Shown in pieces: positions 10,743 to 21,897 of a stretch of 64,000 nt of DNA. The stretch comes from Monocercomonoides exilis PA203 (lineage: Eukaryota; Protista; Preaxostyla), in NCBI GenBank assembly GCA_001643675.2, contig LSRY02000031.1, positions 1,116,001-1,180,000 on the forward strand. Reading direction: 5' to 3'. The notes under the pieces are model-generated. The model did no database searches and was not told where the DNA came from. It was given only the letters and a program-made list of their open reading frames with translations. The number at the start of each line of letters is the position of its first letter. The first letter of the stretch is position 1. The translations under genes were made by a program, and so were the position numbers.

Positions 10743-13700
10743 ATGATTCCCTTCATTTTACTTGTGTGTTTGTCCTCAATTGTTTGTGGCAAATACAGAA
10801 ACGACAAGCTGAGAAATGAATATGATCATTTCTATGTTCGTGGAATGGAGAAGCGTGGTATTTTTGTGAAGGGAAGTGTTGTTCGGATGTTCTGTGAAAT
10901 GCACAACTCGTCAGTTGAATTGAAGGGGATGTTGCTTGAAAAGCCAGATAATTGTGTGATGTTTGAAATAGGTGCAGGATCATTGCTGCAGGTTGAGGGA
11001 AGTGTGTTTGTGAGAAGCAATGAGTGGAATGGGAATTATGTGAGGAATGGAGGGACATGCTGGCTGATAAACACGACTTTGGGAATTGGGAATGGTCATA
11101 AATGTGGAATGATGGGGAGTGTGGTGAAGATGGAAGGGGGTGATTTGTCGATGTTGTTTGTGAGAAATAGTGAGTTTGAGGATGTTGTGTTTTGTGGGAA
11201 TGGATGCAGTTTTTTGAGAGATGGTTCAGGAAGTTTTGAATGCATTCAAAACTGTAGATTTGCGAATATCACAAAGAAATATTGTGAAATAGAGGAAATA
11301 CAAACTGGAAAAGAGAGGATAATGAAGATGAGCAAAATGGAGGATTGTGATGTTGAACGATCGATGAATGTGCTTGAAGGAGGGATTGTGAGTGGAACAG
11401 AAGGATCTGGTTCATTTTTGTGCAACAATTGCACATTTGTTCAGAATGAAAGAGTGGACCGGAGAGTTAGAAATACAGACAGACAGTCAACAACTCAAAC
11501 ACAGACATTTACGAACGCTGAATGGATTGGGTGCTCTGCTTCATGTGGTGGTGCACTATATGTTCATGACAATTCGAGTGCAACGCTGACAGTTGAGAAT
11601 TCGTCATTTGTGAAATGCAATGCAACATACGAAAGAGGAGGAGGGATATTTGCTTTGAACATTGGAGAATGCACTGTGAAACATTCCACGTTTGTTGAGT
11701 GCTATTGTGTGGCATCATCAAATAATGGAGGTGCTGGAATGGGAATTACAGGAATGACAATTCAAGTATTTGTTGATAATTGTCTTTTCAAAGACAATTG
11801 GTCTGGAAATGATGGTGGAGGATTGATAATTTTGAGTTCAAAGACAAACAAAACAAAAGATTGTGTATTGAATTGTTTATTTCAAAATTGCAGCGGAAAT
11901 AAGGCAGTGGATTCTGATGGAGGAGGTTATATTAGTTGGGGCGCAACAGATAAAGTTGTTGCTCATAGTTGTCTTTTTCAAGGATGTCATTCAGATTGGA
12001 GAGGAGGAGCCGTAAGTATCAGGACGGATGGATATAGTGGAAATCTTTTATGGTTTTGCTTTTTCAACAATAACACAGCACCATATGGCAATGACATTTA
12101 TGTTAACGATGACTCAACAAACTCCCAAGTTGCTTTCTGTTATTCCACAAGAACTGAAGGAGTTAGATATAATGCCAGTGGGAATGACAAAAGCAGCTGG
12201 CTTCCAAATGGAGGAAGAAGCAGATTTGTTGCTTCAAGAGAGAATCAGACAAATTCAAAAGACACATTCAGTTGTGGGTTGAATGAAAGTTGTGCATGTC
12301 TCACAATCAGCCATTGCCTTTCTCAAATGATTGTGGGATTTGTGGAGGAAATCAAGGTATTGAGTGGAACAGTTGTGGAAGGCAAAGGAGTTGACATTGG
12401 AGAGAAAACAATCTCTGTGAATGGGGCTTTGCCAGCTGGTTCAGCCATTGAAACAAAATTTGAGGGAAATGGATTGAGTCTGTTTTGTGTTGGAGCAGGG
12501 GAGTTGGTTGTGAGCGATCTGTCAGTGGTTCACAACACCTCATTTGAAAACAACAGGCAATGCAGACTGTTTGAGGTTGAGGGAAATGGGTTGATGGATG
12601 TGAAGAGAATGAATATTTCGATGGATTCAGCTCATTCAGAAGAGAGGCGCATTCAGAACTCACTTGTGAAAGTGGAAGGGGGAGAGTTGAAGATGCAAGA
12701 TGTGAGATGGGAACAAACATTCAGCACCAAGAGTGTGATATCACTTTCTCAAGAATCATCTGTGACATTGTCTCTGGATAACTGTGTGTTCAGCAACATT
12801 GTGAGAACAACAGCAGAATCATCGCTGATAAGTGTGGGTGAAGGGTTACATTCGATAACACTTGATGGATGCACAATTGATGGGTGTGGGAGTGAAGCCT
12901 CTGAGTTTGGAGGGGGAATGATGGCTGAAGTGGGAAGTGGGAGTTCATTGAATGTGAAAGGAGGCATTGTGAAGAACTGTTATGCCTCAGCCACTCAAGG
13001 GAGAGGAGGAGGGATTGGGCTGAAAGTGAAAGACACAAATACTAACTTTCTGATTTCATCAGGATTTGAAGGAAACAGGGCCAGATGGGGAAGTGATATT
13101 TTTGTTGACTCGATCGATCTGGAATCAACTGCAACAAGTGGGAAGATCACTTCATTGACTGCTTCATTGGAAACAAAGAGCAAGATGCAAGGATATGAAA
13201 ATGGGGATGAATCGTTCCCAATTCCACTGTGTATCTATTTGTGGAACAACTTTTCAGCACCAGCGTTTGTGGGAGGAGGATCATTGAGCCATGATTTTTC
13301 GAAGTGTGGATTTGAAGAGTTTCCGTGTTCATCCATTTTGAAGGCAGCCACAATCCACTTTGAAGGGGAGAAAAAGGACATTGCTCTTCTTGAGCCATTT
13401 GTCTTTGAGGAGGAATTGGGGTTGACTTCGAATGAATGGAGCATTGCATCCAAAGAGGATGAGATGAAATGCGATGTTTGTGATCAGAAAGAGGGAGCTC
13501 AAAGAGGATTGATTGAAAACACAGTTTCTGTGTCTGTAACTGGCATTGTATTTTCTTTGAAGAAATCGCTGACATTTCATGAAAGCGTGTTTGAGTGTCA
13601 TTCAGGGAAGCTCGCACTGAATGGATGTGGGATGGAAGGAGGCGCTGAGACTGTTTCGACAGTGTTTGTGAAGGCTGTTGGAGGGGTTGTGGAGGTGAGT

Positions 13701-16700
13701 GAGTTTGGATCAGAGAATATGAAAATTGGAGATTCATCGATATTTGTTGTTGAAGGGAATGATGAAAGTGTGCCTTCGATGAATATGACTCATTGTGATT
13801 TTTTGGAAATCACATTTGGTGATGGGAGTGTTGTCGAGTGCCACGAGGGGATTATAGAGAAGATATCAGGATGCACATTTTCATCGATCACTCGTTCAAA
13901 GGGAAGTGGAGGATGCATCAGCATTGTGAACAATGAGGATGATGATGATGAAAGAGATTTCAATGTGAAAATAAATGACTGCACATTTGAAGGGTGTGCT
14001 ATAACTGGAGAGGAGGGAACCGAGATTGGAGGAGGTGCACTCTTTTGTGAGGCATCTGCAAATACAAATCTTTTGATAAGTTTGTGTTCGTTTTATTGTT
14101 GCACAGCACCATACGAAGAGGGAAGTGTTGGATATGGAGGAGGAATAATGCTGAAGATGCTGAAAGAAGAAGCAATATATGTGATATCCTCACCAGTTTT
14201 TTCATCTGAGAAGCCGAACAATGCGAAATATGGGAAGGATCTGTTCATTTCATCTCCATCACTTGCCAAGAGTATCAAGAACGAAACACTTCCATTTGTG
14301 AAAGACAGACTGGAGTTGCTGACAGAAGACTCAATGAGGGGATATGATGGAGAAAACAAGGAGTGTGCAATCCCACTGATCTATTTCTGGAAATCGATCG
14401 GATCGAGCGTGCATATTGCAGAGGAAGGAAACAATGTGGTTGTGTGTGGCTTTCCAAATCTTCCGTGCCAATCTGTTGATTATGGGGTGAATCGTATCGG
14501 CAGTTCAGCAGTCGAGCAGATGATGATTCATAGGATTTGCTATGTGAGGAGTGTGACAGAGATGAATGGGATGAAGGTGGAAGGAACAAATATGGAATCA
14601 GACAAAATCCAATTTGCTCAAGCACTTGAAGGGAATGGAGATGCTGTTGTTGAATGCAAAGGGATTGTTCAATTCAAAGAAGTGGGAATGATGATTCACA
14701 GTTCCTTTGACAACGGAGAAAGCATCCTTATCCAGACAGGTTCAGAAGCAATCAAAACGAGTGTTATTGGATGCTCAATTCACACAATCGACAATGATGA
14801 AAGTGAGGTGTCATTTGTTCTGATCAGTGCCACAAAAGGAATTGTTTTGATTGAAAATACAGAAATAGCTGGATTCTTAACGATGCATGAGATAATGAGG
14901 ATATCAGCTGATTGTGTGACAACTATGAACAATGTGACGTTTGAAGATATTTCATTGAGCGGGAAAAGTGCAATTGCGATGAGTGAAAGTGTGATTCCTG
15001 GAAAAGGGAATGTTGATGAAGAAGAAATATGGAACATTCAATTTGATCAATGCACATTTGTGAATGTGAAGCACAATGTGTCAAGCAACCCCTCATTGCT
15101 TTGTTGTGATGTGACGAATGAAGTGAGATTGAAAATGGATAATTCGTCGATAAACAATTGTGGATCTACAAGCTCGAATGAAGGAGGAGGAGTGTTTTTC
15201 CTTCTCGATGAGAGGGGGAAACTGGAAGTGAATCACACAAATGTGATAGGGTGTTTCTGCTCGAATATTGGAAGAGGAGGAGGACTGTTTTTGAAATCAC
15301 AGAGTGTTGCACAGAAGGCATTGCCATTTGTGCTGTCGAACATCACATTCCTTCGGAATGTTGCATCGAAGGGGAGGGATGTGTTTGTGAAGTGCACAGA
15401 CCTTGATTTTCAGATAAGTGAGTCACAGTTCCTGATAAACTTTGGGGAGCCATTTGTGAGGGAGCTGGCGATATGGGGGTGCACAGCAGACAATTATGGG
15501 GATGAAGAGGATCTTCTGAGGAGGGTGTTTGTGTTCAGGAGCGAATTCATATTTGTTTCATCGATTGCGGAGAACAGCAGCGACAGCAAGCAGTGTGGGG
15601 AGATGAAGAGCACATGCTCATCGCTGAATGTTGGGGTGAGCCACATCATCCCATCGGACTATTCGCAGCTGTTTGTTTGGAATGAGACAGAATTGACTGG
15701 TTCATGCTCAGCTGAGAAGGTGACGATCAAGTCGATGGAGGCAAGCAGGAACGGGGAGATAAAAGTGAGAGAGATTGAGCTTGGGAATGAGGGAGCTGTG
15801 AGAACTTCGGAATCTGTTCGATTTGAGAAGGTATCATTTGTTTTTGGTGGAATGGGGAATGTTGTCTGCTCGTGCTTGATACACCAGCTGAATGGATCTC
15901 TCATTCTGGAATCCGTTTCATTCTTGTCAGAGAGCAGACCAACAGAGAATTCACAGACCCTTTTTGACTTTTCTCTGATTGTTGTTGAAGAAGGGTTGTT
16001 TGAGGCAGATCGATGCAGTGTTGTCCACTTGAGCTTCTCAAAGGCTGTATTTGAGATATTGCATTCAGAAAGGGCAACAATTGAGGATGTGGGAGTGGAT
16101 GATGTGGAATGCAAAAGTTCGTTGATTGAATGTGGGAAAAGTGAGAAAGTGAGCATTTCGAAGTTGGCAGCCTCAAACATTGACTTAGAAGAAAGGAGTC
16201 TGATCTCACTTGAAAACAGCCATCCATCACTCATTTTTTCATTGATAGTGTCATCATTCACAAACATCAGCCGATTATCATCTGGGTCTTGCATTGTTTG
16301 CACAAGTCAGCCGATGAGTGGATTTGAGATGTGCAACTGCTCTTTTCATGAGTGCACATCAGAGTCATCAAAGGGGAGCCAAGTGGCGATTGCATTGGCA
16401 GAGGAGATATTGATCGAATCGTGTATATTTGAGGGGAATCTTGCTTCAGGAACAGAAGGGAATGAGATCATTGATGAATTGTGCAAATGGAATGAATCAG
16501 TTGTTGACTTGTCAATGAGTGAAACAGTTGTGAGAGACACCACGATTTGCAACTCATCGAAGGGAGGGATGAGTGTGAGTGGAGGCACAATAATTATCAA
16601 AGATGGAAGATTTGAAAACAACAATCCTTCGATTGAGAATTACCCATCGGTCAGAAGAAACATTATTTGCTCAGATTCTGGAGCATTGAATGTTGTGAGT

Positions 16701-18503
16701 TTGAAAGGAGGAGATGGAGTGAAAGATAGCTCTTCTCTTTGGATTCTGAATGAGGGATGCAATTTAGAAGGAATTATTTCTGAAAGAGCATCTCCATTCT
16801 TCATTCCAGTGCTGGAGAGTGTTGAAACAAAGGAAGTGGGAGAAGAAGTGGAGATTGTGTTCAAAGGGAAGGAGCTGCTGCCATGCGACTTGTCATTCAT
16901 GGTTGTGAAGCAGATGGGAGAAGAAAAGCAGATTGAAAAATATGAGTTCGATGAGAGTGGATATGTGTCAGAGACCGAAGTTGAAGGGAGACTGCCAAAA
17001 GAGACGATAACGGAAGCAGGAGAAGGGGTGGAAGTGAGTGTGTGCATTCTGTTTGGGGATGGAAATAATCCATCATCAACTGATTCTTTCATCCTGAAGA
17101 ACAAGAGCGAATCAAAAACAAATGGAGAAGGAAAGCTTGCTGAAGGAGGAAAAGAAGGGAAATCGTATTTGTTGTTGATTGTTATTATCATGGCTTTTGT
17201 TCTTCTAATCATTCTGATTGTGGCAGTGATATTCATTGTTCGATGGAAGAAGGTCAAGAATGAAAACAAAGATCTGAAAGAGATTGTGAATGACACAGTG
17301 AAAAAGGATCCGAAACTGATTGAGATGGTGACGATGGAAATGTCACCTGAGGAACAGTGGAGGAGAGCTGAGAAAGATGCTGAGAAGAAGAATGAAGAGA
17401 GGATAAAGAAGAGAGTTTATGAGAAAAGCTTGGGACACTCAGAGTCATCAGAACATCTTTTGAGCGAGAGTGGATCAACTGAATACATCTTGGGAAGAGA
17501 TTCAGACAAGATTCCTGAATGGGCATTGGAGAAGGTTGAAGAAGAAGAGATTCGAAACAGAACGCCATCACCATCAGTATCTTCCACATGTTCAACTGAT
17601 TCAGATTCAACATTTGTTCGTGGTGAGGATCTGTGCCCGACCACTTCATCGATGTCAAACTTGGTGGATGCAATGGCCTGTTCATCACCTCATGAGAAGC
17701 TGATTGTGGATTTGAGGGATTCATTGTTCATGTTGTTGCATGGAAGGAACGAGAAGAAAGAGATGTCAATCGGCACTCTGCAGGAAAGGGAGATGACAGC
17801 TGCTCAGATCCTGTTCTGGGTTGCGAATGGAGCACTCCACTCATTTGACGAGATGGAAAACCCTCTTCAATCATTGAATAATCTGAGTCCTCACATTGTT
17901 TTGTTCTCGGAGCACATGGTTATCTGCATTGCCCTCCACTCCGATTGTTCATCAGGCTCCGACTCATCATCCATCTCTTCATTGAGCATTGTTTCTTCAT
18001 CCTCGAATATTTCAGTGATGAGTGAGAGATTCACCGACTCACCACCACCTTCATCAGCATTTGAGGATGAAAGTTTCAGAAAGGAGTGCCTAAGGTGGAA
18101 GGCACCTGAGCTGCAATTGAACAAGAAGATGGATGCTACGAAGGAGTCAGTGACTTTCTCGATTGGGATGATGTTGTGGGAGTGTGTGACGCTGGAGATC
18201 CCGTTTGGGGAGTATGAGGGAGTGGTGGCAGGGCAGAAGATAGTGGATGGGGAGAGACCAGACTTTTTGAAGACTGAAGGGAGCAATCTGGGTGGATTGA
18301 TCATTGCGTGCACTCGGACAGAAAGTGTGGATCGCATATCACTGGGAGATGTGAAGAGAGAGCTGATTGGGAACTTTCCACCAGGAGCAGCGATGCTCAC
18401 AATGACAGATGCATTGGGGCTGATGCAAGAGAGCGAAGGCAATGAAAGAGAATCCAAGGAAATTGGATCTGAAGACGAGTCTGAAAATATGAAAATTGAA
18501 TAA
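10743..18503 (+). CDS. Giant Cys-rich parallel beta-helix (polymorphic-membrane-protein-like) type I membrane receptor with C-terminal pseudokinase
   Basis: Uninterrupted 2586-aa ORF with a signal peptide (MIPFILLVCLSSIVCG) and repeated GGA(L/I/V)/GGG and FxxC/FxxN motifs. Four modules of about 350-380 aa each start with CGxxxxxC. A TM helix at about 17166-17240 is followed by RWKK. The C-terminus has kinase C-lobe motifs LRWKAPEL, VTFSIGMMLWEC and IPF...GERP, without HRD or DFG. Confidence 0.9.
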   Translation: MIPFILLVCLSSIVCGKYRNDKLRNEYDHFYVRGMEKRGIFVKGSVVRMFCEMHNSSVELKGMLLEKPDNCVMFEIGAGSLLQVEGSVFVRSNEWNGNYVRNGGTCWLINTTLGIGNGHKCGMMGSVVKMEGGDLSMLFVRNSEFEDVVFCGNGCSFLRDGSGSFECIQNCRFANITKKYCEIEEIQTGKERIMKMSKMEDCDVERSMNVLEGGIVSGTEGSGSFLCNNCTFVQNERVDRRVRNTDRQSTTQTQTFTNAEWIGCSASCGGALYVHDNSSATLTVENSSFVKCNATYERGGGIFALNIGECTVKHSTFVECYCVASSNNGGAGMGITGMTIQVFVDNCLFKDNWSGNDGGGLIILSSKTNKTKDCVLNCLFQNCSGNKAVDSDGGGYISWGATDKVVAHSCLFQGCHSDWRGGAVSIRTDGYSGNLLWFCFFNNNTAPYGNDIYVNDDSTNSQVAFCYSTRTEGVRYNASGNDKSSWLPNGGRSRFVASRENQTNSKDTFSCGLNESCACLTISHCLSQMIVGFVEEIKVLSGTVVEGKGVDIGEKTISVNGALPAGSAIETKFEGNGLSLFCVGAGELVVSDLSVVHNTSFENNRQCRLFEVEGNGLMDVKRMNISMDSAHSEERRIQNSLVKVEGGELKMQDVRWEQTFSTKSVISLSQESSVTLSLDNCVFSNIVRTTAESSLISVGEGLHSITLDGCTIDGCGSEASEFGGGMMAEVGSGSSLNVKGGIVKNCYASATQGRGGGIGLKVKDTNTNFLISSGFEGNRARWGSDIFVDSIDLESTATSGKITSLTASLETKSKMQGYENGDESFPIPLCIYLWNNFSAPAFVGGGSLSHDFSKCGFEEFPCSSILKAATIHFEGEKKDIALLEPFVFEEELGLTSNEWSIASKEDEMKCDVCDQKEGAQRGLIENTVSVSVTGIVFSLKKSLTFHESVFECHSGKLALNGCGMEGGAETVSTVFVKAVGGVVEVSEFGSENMKIGDSSIFVVEGNDESVPSMNMTHCDFLEITFGDGSVVECHEGIIEKISGCTFSSITRSKGSGGCISIVNNEDDDDERDFNVKINDCTFEGCAITGEEGTEIGGGALFCEASANTNLLISLCSFYCCTAPYEEGSVGYGGGIMLKMLKEEAIYVISSPVFSSEKPNNAKYGKDLFISSPSLAKSIKNETLPFVKDRLELLTEDSMRGYDGENKECAIPLIYFWKSIGSSVHIAEEGNNVVVCGFPNLPCQSVDYGVNRIGSSAVEQMMIHRICYVRSVTEMNGMKVEGTNMESDKIQFAQALEGNGDAVVECKGIVQFKEVGMMIHSSFDNGESILIQTGSEAIKTSVIGCSIHTIDNDESEVSFVLISATKGIVLIENTEIAGFLTMHEIMRISADCVTTMNNVTFEDISLSGKSAIAMSESVIPGKGNVDEEEIWNIQFDQCTFVNVKHNVSSNPSLLCCDVTNEVRLKMDNSSINNCGSTSSNEGGGVFFLLDERGKLEVNHTNVIGCFCSNIGRGGGLFLKSQSVAQKALPFVLSNITFLRNVASKGRDVFVKCTDLDFQISESQFLINFGEPFVRELAIWGCTADNYGDEEDLLRRVFVFRSEFIFVSSIAENSSDSKQCGEMKSTCSSLNVGVSHIIPSDYSQLFVWNETELTGSCSAEKVTIKSMEASRNGEIKVREIELGNEGAVRTSESVRFEKVSFVFGGMGNVVCSCLIHQLNGSLILESVSFLSESRPTENSQTLFDFSLIVVEEGLFEADRCSVVHLSFSKAVFEILHSERATIEDVGVDDVECKSSLIECGKSEKVSISKLAASNIDLEERSLISLENSHPSLIFSLIVSSFTNISRLSSGSCIVCTSQPMSGFEMCNCSFHECTSESSKGSQVAIALAEEILIESCIFEGNLASGTEGNEIIDELCKWNESVVDLSMSETVVRDTTICNSSKGGMSVSGGTIIIKDGRFENNNPSIENYPSVRRNIICSDSGALNVVSLKGGDGVKDSSSLWILNEGCNLEGIISERASPFFIPVLESVETKEVGEEVEIVFKGKELLPCDLSFMVVKQMGEEKQIEKYEFDESGYVSETEVEGRLPKETITEAGEGVEVSVCILFGDGNNPSSTDSFILKNKSESKTNGEGKLAEGGKEGKSYLLLIVIIMAFVLLIILIVAVIFIVRWKKVKNENKDLKEIVNDTVKKDPKLIEMVTMEMSPEEQWRRAEKDAEKKNEERIKKRVYEKSLGHSESSEHLLSESGSTEYILGRDSDKIPEWALEKVEEEEIRNRTPSPSVSSTCSTDSDSTFVRGEDLCPTTSSMSNLVDAMACSSPHEKLIVDLRDSLFMLLHGRNEKKEMSIGTLQEREMTAAQILFWVANGALHSFDEMENPLQSLNNLSPHIVLFSEHMVICIALHSDCSSGSDSSSISSLSIVSSSSNISVMSERFTDSPPPSSAFEDESFRKECLRWKAPELQLNKKMDATKESVTFSIGMMLWECVTLEIPFGEYEGVVAGQKIVDGERPDFLKTEGSNLGGLIIACTRTESVDRISLGDVKRELIGNFPPGAAMLTMTDALGLMQESEGNERESKEIGSEDESENMKIE

Positions 18504-20442
18504 AAACAATGGAAAAAACAAGAAAGGGAAGAGAACGTTGAATGAATAGATCAACAATTGGGAGATGAGGAAAGTGGATCAAAAAGAGGGAGAAATTGAA
18601 GCGGAAATTGAAGTTGGCTGAAAGGCAAAGGAGTTTGCAAAAAGAAAGTGTTTCAAAGAGAATTATTGGAAGGAACATGAAAAATGAAAAGCCAGAAAAA
18701 ACGAAGACTTATTCCTCATTGGCAAATAATCAAAAAAACAAAAAGCCAAATTGAAACAATACTTCCAGAAAGACGAACTTTCATAAATTTGGAAAAGATT
18801 AATCGATTCAGGGAAAATGACTGACCCTATGCATTTGCATGAGGAGCGACTTGCTAACTTAGCGAGTGTTTGAGTAAAGGGAAAATGCACGCTCAGGGTC
18901 AGTTCATTTTCTGTGATTTTGTTTCTTTTATTGTAACTCCGACTTTTGAATTTTCAACTGCTTTGTGCAGAAACAAATATTGTCATATTCATCATTTTTC
19001 ACAATCAGAGTTTTTGTTTGAAATATTTAATTTTTGTGTAGAAATAGACATTATCTTTATTATCATCATTTTTTGGTTTCACTTTGGTTTTCTATTCTTA
19101 TTAGAAAATCTTTATGTCTATTTTTTGTTCGTCTTGTTTGTATATATTCATGTTCCATATCAAAATTATTGTATTTTTATTGTTAGTGTTTCAAATAACT
19201 TTTTGTTTTCAACAATCACCAAATCTATTTTCAAAAAAAAAAAATCATAAATATCATTATTGTTTTTTATATTTACAATCATCAACACTTTGGAGAGAAG
19301 GTTTCATTGAAAAGGGTTATCGAGAAAATATTTCAGAATTTTTTATAATTCATTGATCATCTCTGACTTTACCCAACTCTCTTTGTGGTTCTTTGTTGAA
19401 TTTAGCATTGAAATCTCCTCATTTGCCGCTTTCATTTTTCTAATTTTTGAAATCGACTTTATAACCTTTAACAAATATATGTGAAGCACTTTGTTGAATA
19501 AAAATTGCAGATACATTTTCAGTTATAAAAATGCTTCCAATATTTTTTTGTAAAAAATTTTGAATTAAAACGTTGTTATGGTTCGACACTTCGATCCGAA
19601 AATTCCTGTTTTAGCTTTCATTTTTTTTCAAAAGAATATGAATGTAGTTCATTGCAATATGTGAGAAAAGTATGAAAGAGAATGAAGGGTTTTTGATGGT
19701 TTATTTGTTTAAAAATATGATGAAATTGTTGATCGCGCGAATATTGCAGAATATATTTCTGTTGATTGATCAATCCCTCTGAATTCAAATTTTGTTTCAA
19801 ATATTTTGTAAAAATTTGCTTTGTATTGCACTAATTATCTAATATTATATTAATTAATTTATTTTATTTTTATCAAATGCATAAATTATTAAAAGGATTT
19901 GAATACATTTTTTAAAGGTTTGGTTGAAAAATAAGACTTTAAAAAGTTGTGACTTGAAAATGTGATGAGACTTTTATATTTTTGGAATTACCGTCTGAGA
20001 ACGTTAATGATGGATTTTCTTGACTCTGACTTATTTAAATTTTTGAATATTTTTTGTTTTTGTGATTTTTGTTTTTCAAATAATATATTTTTTTGATATT
20101 TTTCTTTTATCTTATGTTATTCGATTTGTAGGTTTTAAAAAAATAGAAATTATTTTGTAATTTATTGATTATTTTCATTTCATTTTGGAAAAAAAGACAA
20201 AAGAAACACTCAGAAAGATAATTTTGGGATTTGATGATTTAATCAAAATTTTGATCGAAATGGAAAGCTTCAAGAAATAAAGATTAACAAGGTTATGTTG
20301 AATAAATATAAAAAAATTAAAGCAGGAAAACAAATAAAACGAAAATATCAAGAATAATAATCTAATGAAAGGAAACACCAAAATATATTATTCTATGAAA
20401 CAAAAAGATAAAATTCACTCTTAAAAAAATTCACCTTTGCGA

Positions 20443-21780
20443 CTATCGCGAATCTTCAGCTAAAAGCGGAATCCTTTCAATGCTTTCAGACTTCATCGAG
20501 GTATCTGGCCTATTTTCAGTCTCAGTTGGCTCGGAGTAATCAAACCAGTATTTCATTTTTATAACTCTGTTGTAGACAAGCATTGACAGCACAAGAACAG
20601 CAAAGCCGCCTGCTTGCATGTATGACCAGTTGGTCCATTTTTCTCCATATTGCGGATGGCCCGAATAGTAAATAATCAGCTGGGTGACCCAAATGAACAG
20701 CGTACGGAGAGCTTCAAAGATGGTTCTATGAACAGCTGTCAGCTCAGATGTGACAATCATCCCACCGTAGTTCAGAAGAAGGATTGAGATCCAATACAAA
20801 CCGCTGAACGCCAACAGCTTCCCGCTTGTGCACACTCGGTAAAATGTATCGTGTGTGTTTTCATATCTTCCATTGTCCGAACCAGGGATGAAGTGGAAGA
20901 TTGGAATGAAGCAGAAAATGCTAAGTATCATGCCCCAGAATCCTTCCATACCCACAACAACCAAAGGTGGTTGAGAAAGATCAGACAAAAGCAATTCTTC
21001 AACGATAATTTGAATTGCCTGAATCACTTGCGAGCCAATCACAAACATGCACCCCATTAATTGATATCCCCATCCTTTATATTCCGAGTCTTGATCATCA
21101 TCTCCTCCAATGACTGATGCAACTCCAACGAGAACGAGTGCAGTGCAGCAAAGAGCAACACCAATCCACTCGAAAGGTCTCAATTTTCTATGTCTGAAGA
21201 AGACAGTTAAGATGGCACTGAAAATAACCATGCTTCCTCGAAGCATTTGCATCACGGACACCTTAATAAAAATTAACCCTGTTGTCATCAACGTTGTAGC
21301 CAAAAGATCACATAATGCTGGAAGTGCGATCATAATTAAACCCTGAAAAAAAATGAAAAATGAAAATAATTTTAATAAAGCCTCGAAAAAATAAAAAATA
21401 TACGGTAACGTTGGATTTTTTATTTGTAGAAGAAGATGGAGATTGATCCCCTTCGTAACTATTGACTGAATAATCATTTGGATTTCTTTCACGTTTTGTT
21501 GGAATAAGAAGTTCAGATATTTGATACCACGGATAGCATATGGACATGGCGAAGAACATGAGAATAGATTGGTACATTGCTTTGCTAAATTTTTTCACTT
21601 GGCCATCCATTCCAGGAGTTTTTGTGTCGAGCATAAGTTTTGCTGCAACCATCGTACCTGTTCCAAATATCATCATCAGGGCAACTCCAACAAAAGCCTA
21701 AATATGCATAATATATAGATGTTTGAATGCATTTTGAAATAAATGATTTGAACCTTTTTGGTGAATTTCTTTTGAGCCAT
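20443..21780 (-). CDS. SLC35F6-like solute carrier (nucleotide-sugar transporter/DMT superfamily), 3 exons
   Basis: Exons 21780-21754, 21697-21404, 21342-20443. Motifs include Q-S-ILMFFAMSIC, LPALCDLLAT, SVMQMLRGSMVIFSA, QAIQIIVEE, VVGMEGFWG and TAVHRTIFEALRTLFIW, with many TM helices. Confidence 0.88.
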
Positions 21781-21897
21781 TTTTTGTTGATCAAGTACCG
21801 AAATAAACTTTTTCAGTGGTTGAAATACAATTGCAAAAATAGTTAATTATGTGTAAAAATAATATTCAAAAATTACTTGTTCAAACAAAAATGTGTT

